A stretch of DNA of 44,049 bases, the filler included, from Catajapyx aquilonaris (lineage: Eukaryota): assembly GCA_000934665.2 (NCBI GenBank). It is 2 parts of 2 records of this genome, joined end to end, with 100 filler letters (N's around TTAATTAATTAA, not from the genome) between each part and the next. Parts side by side here need not be neighbours in the genome. Positions count along the whole stretch, not along the records: positions 1 to 21,975 come from JYFJ02005937.1; positions 22,076 to 44,049 come from KZ539440.1. One strand, given 5' to 3'. The stretch's first letter is position 1, and every line of letters starts with the position of its first letter. Below the pieces are notes generated by a model, which saw only the letters and a program-made list of their open reading frames with translations, was not told the DNA's origin and ran no database searches. Made by a program: the position numbers and the translations under genes. This document shows, in pieces, positions 10,614-22,550 of this stretch.

Positions 10614-11277
10614 CAGGGTTGCGAACCGATCCGAACCCTTGCTTCATGAACCCGATAACAGCGGAGCCACTCTGGAGCAGTTGAGCCGGGTCCTGAGCGA
10701 CCATCGGAGCTTGGTTCGGGTTCGAGCCAGTTCAGGGGGAGAGTGGAGCCATGGTCGGAGCAGGTCCGGAGTTTGGTTGGGAGCTTGCCACCTTGCTCCG
10801 GAGTTTGGTTCGGGCCAATGGCTCCGGAGCTGAACCCGGTTCCGGAGGGAGGTTCGGAGCGGTTTAGAGCTCGGTTAGGTCCAACATACCAACGCAACAG
10901 GGGTCGCGGGTGCTTGGAAATGTCATTCTGCCACCATGAAAACATGACGCATACGCTGGAGTAAGTCCAGCGGTTTTTCTGCCTTTCCCCCTGTTCCATT
11001 GGTATGTTGGACCTAACCGAGCTCTAAACCGCTCCGAACCTCCCTCCGGAACCGGGTTCAACTCCGGAGGCCTTGGCCTGAACCAAACTCCGGAGCAAGC
11101 TGGCAAGCTCCATACCAAACTTCGGACCCGCTCCGACCTTGGCTCCACTCTCCCCCTGAACTGGCTCGAACCCGAACCAAGCTCCGATGGTCGCTCAGGA
11201 CCCGGCTCAACTGCTCCAGAGTGGCTCCGCTGTTATCGGGTTCATGAAGCAAGGGTTCTGTTCCGTTCACAACCCTG
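10614..11277. mobile_element. hAT foldback MITE, same family as 3951-4919
   Basis: TIR CAGGGTTGCGAACCGATCCGAACCCTTGCTTCATGAACCCGATAAC. TSD TTATTATA/TTATTATG (7/8). About 280-bp inverted arms; the centre matches 4545-4640. Confidence 0.9.
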
Positions 11278-11504
11278 TTATTATGCTGTGGCACCCATAC
11301 AAACAACTTGTATGCATACATATATTGCATATGAGAAATTTAATAAAGATGCCAGCATGTCATACTATAAGAGTATAAGGGTTAGGCGAGGCAATAACAG
11401 CCATAACAGTTGTCCCCTCTCAACAATTTCTCGACATAAAAATGAAATATGTGGTCAGTGCACAGCGTCTAAATATGGAATTCCTGGTCTGTCGGATTGC
11501 TCTG

Positions 11505-11770
11505 TCGGATGAACTTTCTATCACCTTCCTACTATTTTTTGTCCGGTGGCATGATCTTCAGTGTGGCTGCCTGCTCTGCTGGCATCAGCTCCTTGGTCGC
11601 TTGTCTCCCTCTCACAAGCGATGCAACAGCTGAAACAATTATGAGGAAAACGCTCTCCACTTGTTACTGCAGAGCCCAATGGTTTCATCAATGCAGTTGC
11701 TGGAGAGGATGTGGTCTCGGTTAAAACTACTGTCTCGGTGTTGCAAATATGAGGAAATGTCAACTACTGT
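11505..11770 (-). repeat. Diverged repeat, copy 1 (copy 2 at about 14390-14665)
   Basis: Shared blocks ATGAACTTT, GGTGGCAT.ATCTTCAGTGT, ACAGCTG.AACAAT, CCCAATGGTTT, GGTGTTGCAA and ATGAGGAAATGTC.ACTACTG. Confidence 0.7.
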
Positions 11771-14389
11771 ATAACAAGAATATGCACTAAGTTACATCTG
11801 ATGGAGGCTGAATGCAGCAAAATGTTGTCATACGTTGTATGTGTACAATGTAGGACTGGCTGCCTTGATTCGTTAATACTCCTGACCCCAAAATATCTCC
11901 CCCCCCTCCCCATCCCCTTTGTATCGCCCTTATTCTAGAGGTTTTGTTCGATGTGGTCTCTAGATGGATTACATAGTGGGTATTGCCACCTGGGAGCATC
12001 ATAAGAGTTCACTGTTATGCTTTTGCCGAGGAAAGTCGTCTCTGCTTTGCATATTATGTGTTGCTTACTGTACACTCTAAACACTCCATTACTTACGAGT
12101 GTTTTGGTAAACTTGTTATGCTCCTCAGCATCACTCGAATTTTTTTAAATTATAATATTGGCTCATGTTCTTGAACTTTTTGTGTGACTTACTTGTTAGT
12201 GCCTGCTTTTTCATGGTGTTATTGCTGGTCGACTGAGTGGCACGTATGTTAGATGTCATACAATCGTCGGGGTTGCTTTGCAATGAAGGTGTTTCATTAA
12301 TTACTCCAAACACGAATACGTGACGTCGCTATGCCAATGTATAGCACGTGCAGAATGATAGAGTGAGTGTTACTGTAGAGATCGAGATGGTAGTGCTTGC
12401 TCCATAAGCGATGTTCAATACTCCGGAGAGCATGTTGTGTTAAGTAATACAGTGGAGAATATTTTCTGACATGCCAATGTGAGACGGCCTCTTTTTTACT
12501 AAACTAACCGTCTGTTTCTTGCTATTATAATAATAATAATGCGGTTTTCAGCTGCTTTAACAGGTAAATAACTTATTATTTGGTGAATAATTACTCTTAA
12601 ATTACACAGGAGTTGATGTCATAATTCGGCATGTATACTGCAGGTGTGCTGGCGATGCTGGCTGTAATGAATGGAAGCAGCGACAGCTATGCTACCATCG
12701 GAGACAATCTACCCTATACCACTGGTGTCAGGGCCATCGGCATCGTGACTCATTTTCATCTATATCTTAGTCGCTTTTTGTTGTGGGTATAAACTGTCTG
12801 ATCATCGGGTGTCACCCTCAAGATCTTAGTCTTTCCCCAGACTTTTTCCCTTTCATAGTTTGTCATGAGTTTCTGCTTACTTCCTGACAATGAAGTGCTT
12901 GGTAGCTTAGCTGTGCTAGGATTGGGAGCTGGATGGTCTCTCTCTGGAATGCTGATGATGCTTGCTGGTCTTGATGTCCAAGATAAAATATTGTCACCAT
13001 CTGTCAACCTTGCCGTGTCGCTTCCACTTTTGGCGTGATGCGCCATTGCGACGCTTTGCCTTTGTGTATGTAATGCATATAACATGATTGAACATGCAGC
13101 GAATACGTATTCCTACATAATATGGTGCAGTGTGATCTCGTGTATTGTATCGAGACATGCAAACCAGGGAGGAAATTAGCATTACTATCCAAATTATTAT
13201 AACCGGTGAAGGGTACGAATCGCGAAATAATTATCACAATTTTGCGATGTCGCATTATTAAGTATTTATTCGTGTGAAAAAAAGTCCTCTCCGAAACGAC
13301 CATCAGCGAGTTAATGGTCCGGCTAATTTTTGTGTGCTTCTAAAGCAATGGTGCATGTGTAAAGGTCTGCTTTTCTTTGTCAGGATACATTATGTAAAGA
13401 GGAGATATATTTTCTCTCATTTTCATAATTCACTTTAATCTTTCTTCGAAAACTGAACGTCTGTTTTCGATGTGACCTTTCGCTACATCAGGCTACAGGT
13501 GACCAAGAAATTAGTCCAGTAGTCGACGACCGTCTTGGTATTGCATTGTAAAGAGGTGTTGTTGCTAAATGTGTTCCCCTTTGTTTGAGAGAAGCAAATC
13601 GGCCCAAGTGTCTTATGTGCCCCTTGACAATAGAGGCTGAGATGGCATCAAAAAGTCAATCTCGAGTTTTCATAGGGGTCTGGTCGATCTAATACTGTCA
13701 ATGAAATAAGTAATCCAATCTATGTAACGGTTTCCCATTAATTCACGCCTAGTTTTTCGGCGCTTCCCTGGTCCACTCTTCTCTGTCCAGTTTTCGTCCT
13801 CGTTTATGTGTCTTTAATAAGGTACCTGTACCAAATGGTGATTCAACCTCTATCGTCTATTTGAGTAACATGTGTGAGAATACCTCGAACTACGCTTGTG
13901 GGATGCAAACCCCTATTTTCGTTACTGTCATTCCCAGGTGTCATTTGTAAGGCAAATGCTTTACTTGTTTATGTGTATACTTACCATGTCCAGATCTTCA
14001 TTCAGCGGGTTGTCCAGCAATATTGGTTCCACATGTACCTGTACATGAACTGGTACTTTATCTTCATCCTCACTAGTCCAGTAAAGAATGTCAGAAATTT
14101 CCATAATTAATAAAATCATTGACAAATGCGCGCTAAGCAGATGAGCTTTCGCAGTGTAATTCGAGCACAAATGTGCAATGATTGTGTACTTTGAACACAT
14201 GAGAGTGTGCTTTTGTTTACTAGAAAATAGTTTTAGCCTATAGAGTGTGAGTCGGCTTCTCGCTTTTTAATAGCATGTTTCCCAAGCACTCAAAAGTGTG
14301 GTGCCAACTCCAGCCACGATGAGTTTGACAAACTTCTGCAGTGTCACTCCAAGTCGAAAAGTAGTAATCCAACATCCTTTGCATGTTCC

Positions 14390-14665
14390 ACCAAATGAAC
14401 TTTACCGATAGTATTTTGTCTGGTGGCATCATCTTCAGTGTCTGGCTGGCTTGCATCTTCTTGGCCGCACGTCTCCCTCTGGCAAGTGACACAACAGCTG
14501 CAACAATAAATTATGAGCAACGTGCTGCCACAGGGCCCAATGGTTTTATTAATACAGGTTCTGGCAAGGATGTGGGCTCTGTTAAACTTTTTCACCTGGT
14601 GTTGCAATTGGTGTCAGAATCACTTTATTTAATATGCAATTAAATGAGGAAATGTCTACTACTGC
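14390..14665 (-). repeat. Diverged repeat, copy 2
   Basis: Aligns with 11505-11770. Minus-strand peptides IVAAVVSLARGRRAAKKM..TLKMMPPDK and IVSAVASLVRGRQATKEL..TLKIMPPDK. Confidence 0.7.
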
Positions 14666-17600
14666 GTCGTAAAAATATGCACAAAGTTACCTCTGCTCTG
14701 CCTCCTGCAACACTCCTCGTCTTCCTTAGTAATAACAACGTATGATCTGCATGGCCTCCTCCGAAAATCAAATCGGCTGATGAAGGTGTGTTTCACTTTA
14801 ACCTTAATTGACAGAAGGAAATGCACCATTCTTGTGATCAGGTGACCAGTACGCTATCGTTTCCCTTATGACAACGAAGCAGGAGTTATGTCGCCTGATA
14901 GCTTATTTCTTCATCTGGAGGAGCATAATGGCCGCAGATTTTTCTGTACTTGTGTGTCAATACTTTTCATTGGCCTAACTGCCTAAAATTGCATTTATAT
15001 CGATCATATAACAATGAATACATTAATGCCTAATTATCATAATATTAGGTAATTCCATCGTAGGAGAAACACAACATATCTGACGACACCGACGTTAACG
15101 AGTACATGGATTACAGAGAGGGACTATAGAACGTATTAATGTATCTATTTACATGTTTGCATATAATGGCGATAGCAACTGACTCTACTTGAACAGTACT
15201 ATTTGATTGATTGCGTTCAGTGGGCAACAATGTATCCCTCCCAGACAGGACAATGTCAGTGTCGCACAGCCTGATGATTTTCTGTTTCACGTTGCCTGAA
15301 TCCAATTAATGAGGTGGGCTGTTGGATTCATCATAATCAGTCACGTGTTCCACTTCAGTTACTGTTCACAACTGTCACATTCCGTATGTAGAATAATTCC
15401 CTGGAAGGAATTTAAAACATTGAAGAGTATTTTGTGACAGATATAATTATGTGAGAGCGGGCCTCTCTTTTTATTACTTCATCGATCTGGTTTTATAAGC
15501 AACAAAAATGTTTACCATCAATTAATGCCTAGTATGGGCGCTTTCTTGGTGCTTGCTGCTCTGTCCATTTGTCACCCTTAACCGATCCAACCTACCCCAT
15601 TAGACGCTCTCTTTAATTGGGATATCCGCCACAATGATCAATGATGTTGCTCATTCAAATGATGTTGGGACATGCAGTCTTTTTTTTCATATTGACTTTT
15701 TAACTCGTGTGCAACATTTGAGCATGGGCTGCAAAAGTTTCTTGGCCGACTTTTTTTCAGTTTTCTAAAGTTGTGATATACCCTGGTATTAATTTTGATA
15801 TCCACTTTTAAAATATGACATTTTAGCACTGTTGGCATCTGTTTTAACGGATAAGAGCTTGATTTGTGAATAATGACTTGGATGTTATGTATAGGAGTGG
15901 ATGTAAATAATTTTTCATTGCTAATGATGCTCCGCGGTGTGTTGTGGATGGTGCTTGCAATCGATATTGTGCCCTGCTACATACAGGTCTTCACCAGGCT
16001 GTCCTGTTGTGCCCACCAGAGCCTAATATGGAATTTCAGGCTCTCTTCCCATGAGATAGATTGGGGGCCTGCCTCTCAATACTAGATCGAATTGATTCGT
16101 TATTGACACTGGATGCAAGGTTGTTGACACAGGTTGCCTAAGCGTTGACCTTGGATATGTAACTACTCTATGGCGAGTGTGTTGGCCACTATGTGTTCTG
16201 AAGTAGTTCTATCCATCACTTTCCCTTCATCAGGCAGTACGTGTATTGTACACATAGGAAGCTTCGTGGCAACCCCGATGTGATACTGTTTGTCATCAGA
16301 AATCATCGTCACAAAATGTTTGGGAACTAGTAAATATATTGTGTATGTCCCTCTTGAGCAAATTTTATAATCAGATAGTAAAATTAATGGATTTGGGTCG
16401 AGATGTGTCATTTAAATCATGTTTCAAAGATTTCTGATAAACATTTGCCCACAAGTGTGCGCAAAGTAAATCATATTAAGTATTTCATTGCGAGTGGATA
16501 AAATGATGCATAATGTAATAATACAGTAGTTCCAGACTTATCTGTTAGAGTTTCTCTCTCGGGGGATATTCTCATACCATAGTCAGAGAGAAGTCTCAAT
16601 ACCTTGGTAATACTTGGTCGCTCTGCGGGTATCCTCCTTCATCATGGCTTCTAACTGTTGGTGCGCCAAGAGTGTATCAAGCGCAGCTATTGGTCCTTCG
16701 CAGTTCTTCAAGTAGTGTCCTCCTTGCTTTGCGATGAAAACAGTTATGTATGTAGTGTGTGTAACAAGCTTCACAAACTTCAGGCATGCCTTCAGGCTGG
16801 AAATCCCCGTCAGAAGATACAGTTAGTCTGCCTTTGGCTACACGATCAATTGCCTTTGCCAGGTATTATAAAAGGCATTTATATAACAAAAGCCTTGACA
16901 TTCTGACATGTCCAGTGCAACTGAAGTGCACTTTTTAGGCACTTTACCAAGGTCGCCTTCTGGTCTTGGCTTCTGGTAAAGTCATATCCATTATCGCACT
17001 TAACTGAGGTACGGTACGACCGGACATGTGGCAGAGTACAACATTTGCAGTCATTTGGCATCACCAATTGGTCTTAAGTATCCAGTGAGATGCACTGACC
17101 TTGGACGAGGCACTGGCCACTTCATATTAAAATTCATGAACTGCAAAGTAATGCCATATCCTCTTCTGTTCATTTAAATACAGCAAGTGTGTTAATGTGC
17201 ACATCATAATTCCATGTTTATTCCTGATGTTGAAATTTCCCAAGCATCTCTGACTTTCTTCACAGATTTTTTGAATGTTAATTAATGAAAATGTATTAGT
17301 TCTTCGCAACGCTGCATACTTTAGTAGTCAGCCATACGTTGAGTAATCATGCTATTGCACTATGATATGTAAGCTTATATCTCCAGCCTCCGCCCTACGT
17401 TGCTATATTTGCAGGATTGTCTGATGTTCTCTAATAGACAGTGCACGAGCTCGTCATTAATACAATCTCCAGAAGTGCAATGTACCTTACCCTTTCCTTG
17501 TTACAGTACGTACCTGGGGGGTGATCAAATGAGCGTCATAATTACCCCTGATATATGCACAACATTTTGCTAATTTCCATATCCTTTTGGGTTTCATGAT

Positions 17601-20071
17601 TGTAATTTCTTCGGAATATTACCAGCGGATTTTTGCATGTAATAGCTGCCTGGAAGAGAAAAATATAAATGTGGAAATTCACCCTGTACAATAATACTTG
17701 CAGATGCCAGTTTGATTTTTTATTATTAAACCTATAGTTTATGGGTTTGTCGAAAGTTATTGACATTTGATCTCTTAACGGCAGTGTCAATTCCAGTACA
17801 TCCATAGTAGCAATTTAGCGTAGTGTATATAAAATTATTAATTCTGCATAACATTGTGGTCGGTTAAGTACATTAATAACGGTCACTAATGTTGTGGATG
17901 TTATAAAGGGTGACCCTCGTGACATTCACAGTACACTGTGGAAGGCATTTCAGCTATTTATTCAGCTAATGAATATAAAGGGTACGAAATACAGGGTGGT
18001 CCGAAAAACTCTGACCAACCTCACATGATCTGGTCAGCTTGAAATATGAGTAATTACGTAATTACCTGTGGCTGTTTGTCATGTGGGAAACGAAACTGGT
18101 ATTCTTTTCAGCCTGTTCTCTTCACAACATTTTTACTTTCGGTTTCCATTTGTCTCAGTGAATATGTAATTCCTTCAGCATAGTATTTCCAGGCGAGTAA
18201 GCTCACATTTGCATATAGGAAGTGTCCCCTGCAAAACAATACTACATATTCGTCGCCCAGTGCGATCGACATGAAATGTACTGCTCCGATTGAATTCAGC
18301 CTATTTTCAACCAGCAGTTTCGATCCTTGTCTTACTATGCTTTATCAGCGACTTCAGCGTCTCGTTGGGAATAATACTCATCGCCGACAGTTCAGGTGAA
18401 GTCGGCAAATGGTGTTTGTATGAACATGTGTTGAATCACGCGTATTGAATAGACATTGTTACAAAATAATGACAGTCAATCTCCGTGCCATGTAATGTTC
18501 TGTATGTACTATGTACTCCTATATGTGTAAGCAGCGTGGGAATGGTGCTTTGCTCACAATATTAGGCCTATTAAGTATTTTTGATCATCCTGTAATGAAA
18601 ACAATTATTTCATTAAATTTTTCTAAATCATTATTAATCACTTTGTCCAGACTTCTTGTCAACGCTGGTGTTGCTCTACGTCTTAGTCTCATGTGGTGAC
18701 TCTAGAATTGTTGATCATCGGGGTAGTAGTACGTGGTCTTCTTCATCCACAAAACTCCTGGAACTCTGATGTTGGTAGTGTTGGGTTCTACTTCTAGTAG
18801 CCATCATGTCGTAATTGATAAGAGTGGATGCTAGTGTCCCGCTATCATAGCAGTTCTCACTCCAGTGACTGTTTAGAACAATTTTTTTAAAGGTAGAATC
18901 CGTCACAAAATTATGAGGGAATGGCGAATAAAGGCTTTTTATAACTTCATCCTTATGCAGATGGTTTTTGACAACTATTTTCCCAGGAAACTTCTGGAAC
19001 TTTGACAGTTGATAGCCACGGTTGTAAGTACACTTTGGAAGTACGAAGCTTTGAAGGCTTAGTTTGTCTTTGGTTTTTCCCATGATCATCACGCATCCAA
19101 CATGGTTGGGAGGGATGTGTGATGTGGATCTCTTCTGATGGCAGTTTGGAACAGTGTGTTCAGACATCAGGATAGGGAAGTGTGTTCTTGTGAAATCCTT
19201 GTGAATTTATTGTAATGTACACGTCGTACATTAAAGAACATTACATGCTTGAACATTATCACAAGAATATGTATACGTTACTGCTAGTTAAAAATTCATT
19301 CCAATTCCAATTTCTGAGCTGATATTACTATGGGCCGCTCAGTGTCATCTCATATCATTAACTGAGAATCTGTAATCAAATGATCAATATTTACGTGTGA
19401 AATACCCAAATGGTTTAACACGCTCATTATAATATATAGTTTCATGCCTTGCAATCATTGCTTTCTATTATGTACGAGTTTGTAAGTGAGCCCAATATTG
19501 TTGATACTGAAAGGCCACTGCACAAGAGACAAATGCACACAGAGAGAAAACTTTCCTGAATTTTATCTCGTTGTCAGACTACACTTGTCACTACACACTG
19601 TTTGTGCTCTTTATCATGATTTCCCGTCCGTCTGGTGTTAATTTGTTGAACTCTCACAGTCAGTGGGGCCAACACTGCTTTGGAAGATACGCATAATATT
19701 TCCTTTAAAAGATATTGCAGTAAAATTGCATGCAATTTGTCCAATTTTAGGAACATTACTGACGATTACTGTCCCTAAAAGCACAGGTATGACAGTGCAA
19801 ACGAGCCAGTGTGACTGCGCTTTACGTACTCCAGCATGTTCAGGACATTTGAAGGCCCTTGTCATAATAATGTGGTTGCAGCATATGTCAGTCTCTCCCT
19901 GCCCGTAACCTCATCCTGAGCATGCGGAGTTAAACCTGAGGTGTCGTGTGCCTCCTGTGGAAATTGTTAATTTAATAACGACTTTAATTATTTGTCAGTG
20001 TGATATCATAAGATTGAGCCAATCACAAAGAGCATACAGTATATGTCGTACCATGATGTAGATATATGGTT

Positions 20072-20345
20072 TCCCCCTGACCACATGTCGCGCGAGTCCT
20101 GCATCACTTGGTTGACGTATTCCCTCCCATTATTGCTTTGCAATATCTTTGGTTCTCCAATAAAAAGAAATATTTGAAGAAGCTCCGCAGCAACCTCCAG
20201 AGCACGCTTCGATCTGAGTGGTCGAAGAACAACAAACTTGGTACATGATCTTGGTAGTTCAAAATCCACTTGAAATCGCGATCTGGCATAGACTGGAAGT
20301 AGATTATAGGTCAACTTGACCCCGGTCACCAAAGTCGTTCGACAT
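20072..20345 (-). pseudogene. Frameshifted KRBA2/SCAND3-type (rve, Ginger-related) integrase core remnant
   Basis: Across frames: DRGQVDL..QSMPDRDFKWILNYQDH..TKFVVLRPLRSKRALEVAAELLQIFLFIGEPKILQSNNGREYVNQV..MW. Matches the QVDL/YQDH/LRPL/QSDNGREF signature. Confidence 0.85.
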
Positions 20346-20369
20346 AATTGGCCGAATCACACATTTGCT

Positions 20370-20530
20370 TGATGAAGCAAGGTTGGATAATCTCTCCTGC
20401 CCCATTGAAGACCGCAGGTATATGTTCGTATCAGTTTCAGTTTACTGAAGGCCCGTTCGCATGTTGCAACTGTGACTGGTAAGGTCCAAAAAATTGCGAA
20501 GGGCGATACATACGTTTGGAAAGGATTCGG
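20370..20530 (-). pseudogene. hAT transposase C-terminal dimerisation-domain remnant (ZMYM1-like)
   Basis: TLPVTVATCERAFSKLKLIR, then after a frameshift YLRSSMGQERLSNLA. Confidence 0.85.
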
Positions 20531-21516
20531 ACAAAGAATAGTCAACTACAAACTGGAGGATCCTTAGGGGAGACGCTGATTTGGTAAGAGGAAAAGTGAG
20601 AATAGCAGAAATTTGATACTTGAGACTCTCGACCTCTGTTGCAAGTTCGAGTCACATCATTCTCAGAATGTGGGATGGCAGTGAACTCTCCTGCCGAATT
20701 GCTTACTGATGTTCTTTCTTCACTAACTGACTGTATCTCAGGCTTTTCTGCACAAGGTTACTGCATATTGCTAACTGTATAAAAGAGTCTTTCAGCTGCA
20801 CCTTGTGTCAAAATAAACTACCAGCACTAACAGTTTAGCCGATTGCCTCGTCATGGCCTCTCCATTGGAAAAGGCCACATATGAATGGATGGAATGTGTC
20901 CTCATCGGGATGGCCTGGGTCGTAGATGAATCTGAATGAGTCTCATCCGGCACAGAGGAGTCGGAATCTGATTTGATTTAAGAAATTGCCAGAGTTTTTC
21001 ACTAGACGTATAATAACCATCCAGATGCTTAAAGCGTCTAACGTTTCGATTTGTGGATGAGTTGTCATAAATATATTATGGTGATGTGATGTAACTATTG
21101 AAGTTTTGAGGGAAAATAACCTTCTTTATTATCAGCCGTTGATGTTCCTTAAAATGATGCAAAAATAAATATCATGGTATCACTCTCAGCCAAGTAACTT
21201 CAAAGTAGAAGTTACATTTTTGAAAAAATGTAACTTCACCAGTAGTGGTTACCAGGTAACTTGAAACACATAAGTGTCAAGGAAACTTATAACGTATGGG
21301 TTACGCTAATCTCGTAACCTGTAAATGTAGAGGTTACAAATAATTTACACATAATGGGCGATGAATGCTATGTATATTTGTTTAATTTTTTTATTTAGTT
21401 TACCCCATTGGGCATAATGCCATTACACTCTTATACGTATCCTCTCTAAATAGAGAGGGAAAAATGCGTCATTTTTTCGTCTTTATTTTACAGAGGATCT
21501 TTCCTCTATAGATTTT

Positions 21517-21700
21517 AGAGAGGAAAAAGGACTGCAGTTTAGGGAGGAAAAGGACTGCAGTTTAGGGAGGAAAAGGACGGCAGTATATAGGGAGGAAAAG
21601 GACGGCAGTATATAGGGAGGAAAAGGACGGCAGTATATAGGGAGGAAAAGGACTGCAGTTTAGGGAGGAAAAGGAACCTAGTTTATATAGAGAGGAAAAT
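21517..21700. repeat. 23-25-bp minisatellite (about 8 units), probably inside a small TIR element at about 21425-21710
   Basis: Units AGGGAGGAAAAGGACTGCAGTTT and AGGGAGGAAAAGGACGGCAGTATAT. Flanks show imperfect inverted similarity (ACACT..CCTCTCTA / TAGAGAGG..AGTGT). Confidence 0.85.
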
Positions 21701-21975
21701 ACAGTGTGAATATAAAGACATTAATATGATTATATTNTTAGCATTTTAATATCCATACTTATAAACTTGCACTTTGTTGACAGTCAGAAAAGGTTGAGCA
21801 CAGTTGGCATTTGGAGTTGGCGAAACTTGAAACAATACAACACAATCCTGTACAGTACACAACAATTAGCTATATTATATAAATGGCAAGTGTAACAACA
21901 AATTATAGCAGGCACTTGCTGATGAAACCAGAGTCAGGTCCGGACCAAAGAGCCTTGGGTATAGAGGCTTTTGCT

Positions 21976-22075
21976 NNNNNNNNNNNNNNNNNNNNNNNNN
22001 NNNNNNNNNNNNNNNNNNNTTAATTAATTAANNNNNNNNNNNNNNNNNNNNNNNNNNNNNNNNNNNNNNNNNNNN
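21976..22075. other. Artificial assembly/scaffolding spacer
   Basis: Exactly 44 N + TTAATTAATTAA + 44 N = 100 nt. The 12-mer has stop codons in all six frames. Confidence 0.92.
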
Positions 22076-22201
22076 ACCTATATTTTGCAAAAGTCCTTTT
22101 TTTGTCAAAAGGAAACTTTTCATGACAATCGTTGCTGACTTTTCAAACTTTCGTCATTTTTGGACCACCCTATTGTGTAGGTATCAAAGTGTTTTTGAAT
22201 G

Positions 22202-22550
22202 GTGGGGAGGTGTGGTGGCTGAGATGGTAACGTCTCGGCTTGCTGAGTGAAAGGTCCCAGGTTCGATCCCCACCCGGGAGTTCCCTTTCATCTGCGTCGA
22301 GAGGGTCTCTGACCTGCACGAAGGTGTCTGGCAACGTAACCTCCTGGGGGACTGCACATGGCCCATTATTGAGACATTGCACCTGCACCCATGTCCCCTC
22401 CCCGAAAATCCCTATCCTTACCCTACGTCCTTGATTCCTTGCACCGGAGATTGAAGTTACTTCAGAAAAATTGAGCAAAATCGTGGTATTCCACCCCCCT
22501 GAAGGGGCCCACGGCCTATGGGGTAAACAGCAAAAAGAAAAAGAAAAAAT
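22202..22550 (+). mobile_element. Full-length tRNA-derived SINE
   Basis: A box TGGCTGAGATGG (22216), B box GGTTCGATCCC (22260), A-rich tail, 16-bp TSD AAAGTGTTTTTGAATG (22186-22201, 22551-22566). Confidence 0.9.

Noticed and set aside
21517..21700. CRISPR-like array
   Set aside because: Units are contiguous with no unique spacers, the context is eukaryotic, and there are no cas genes.
17992..22172. Mariner-like ends CAGGGTGGTCC (17992) and GGACCACCCTA (22162) as one element
   Set aside because: Similarity ends after about 15 bp and the pair spans the artificial gap.
22204..22275. tRNA-like sequences here, at 23961-24035 and at 33460-33534
   Set aside because: They are SINE heads, followed by SINE bodies and A-rich tails, with TSDs in two cases. 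The cloverleaf pairing is degenerate.
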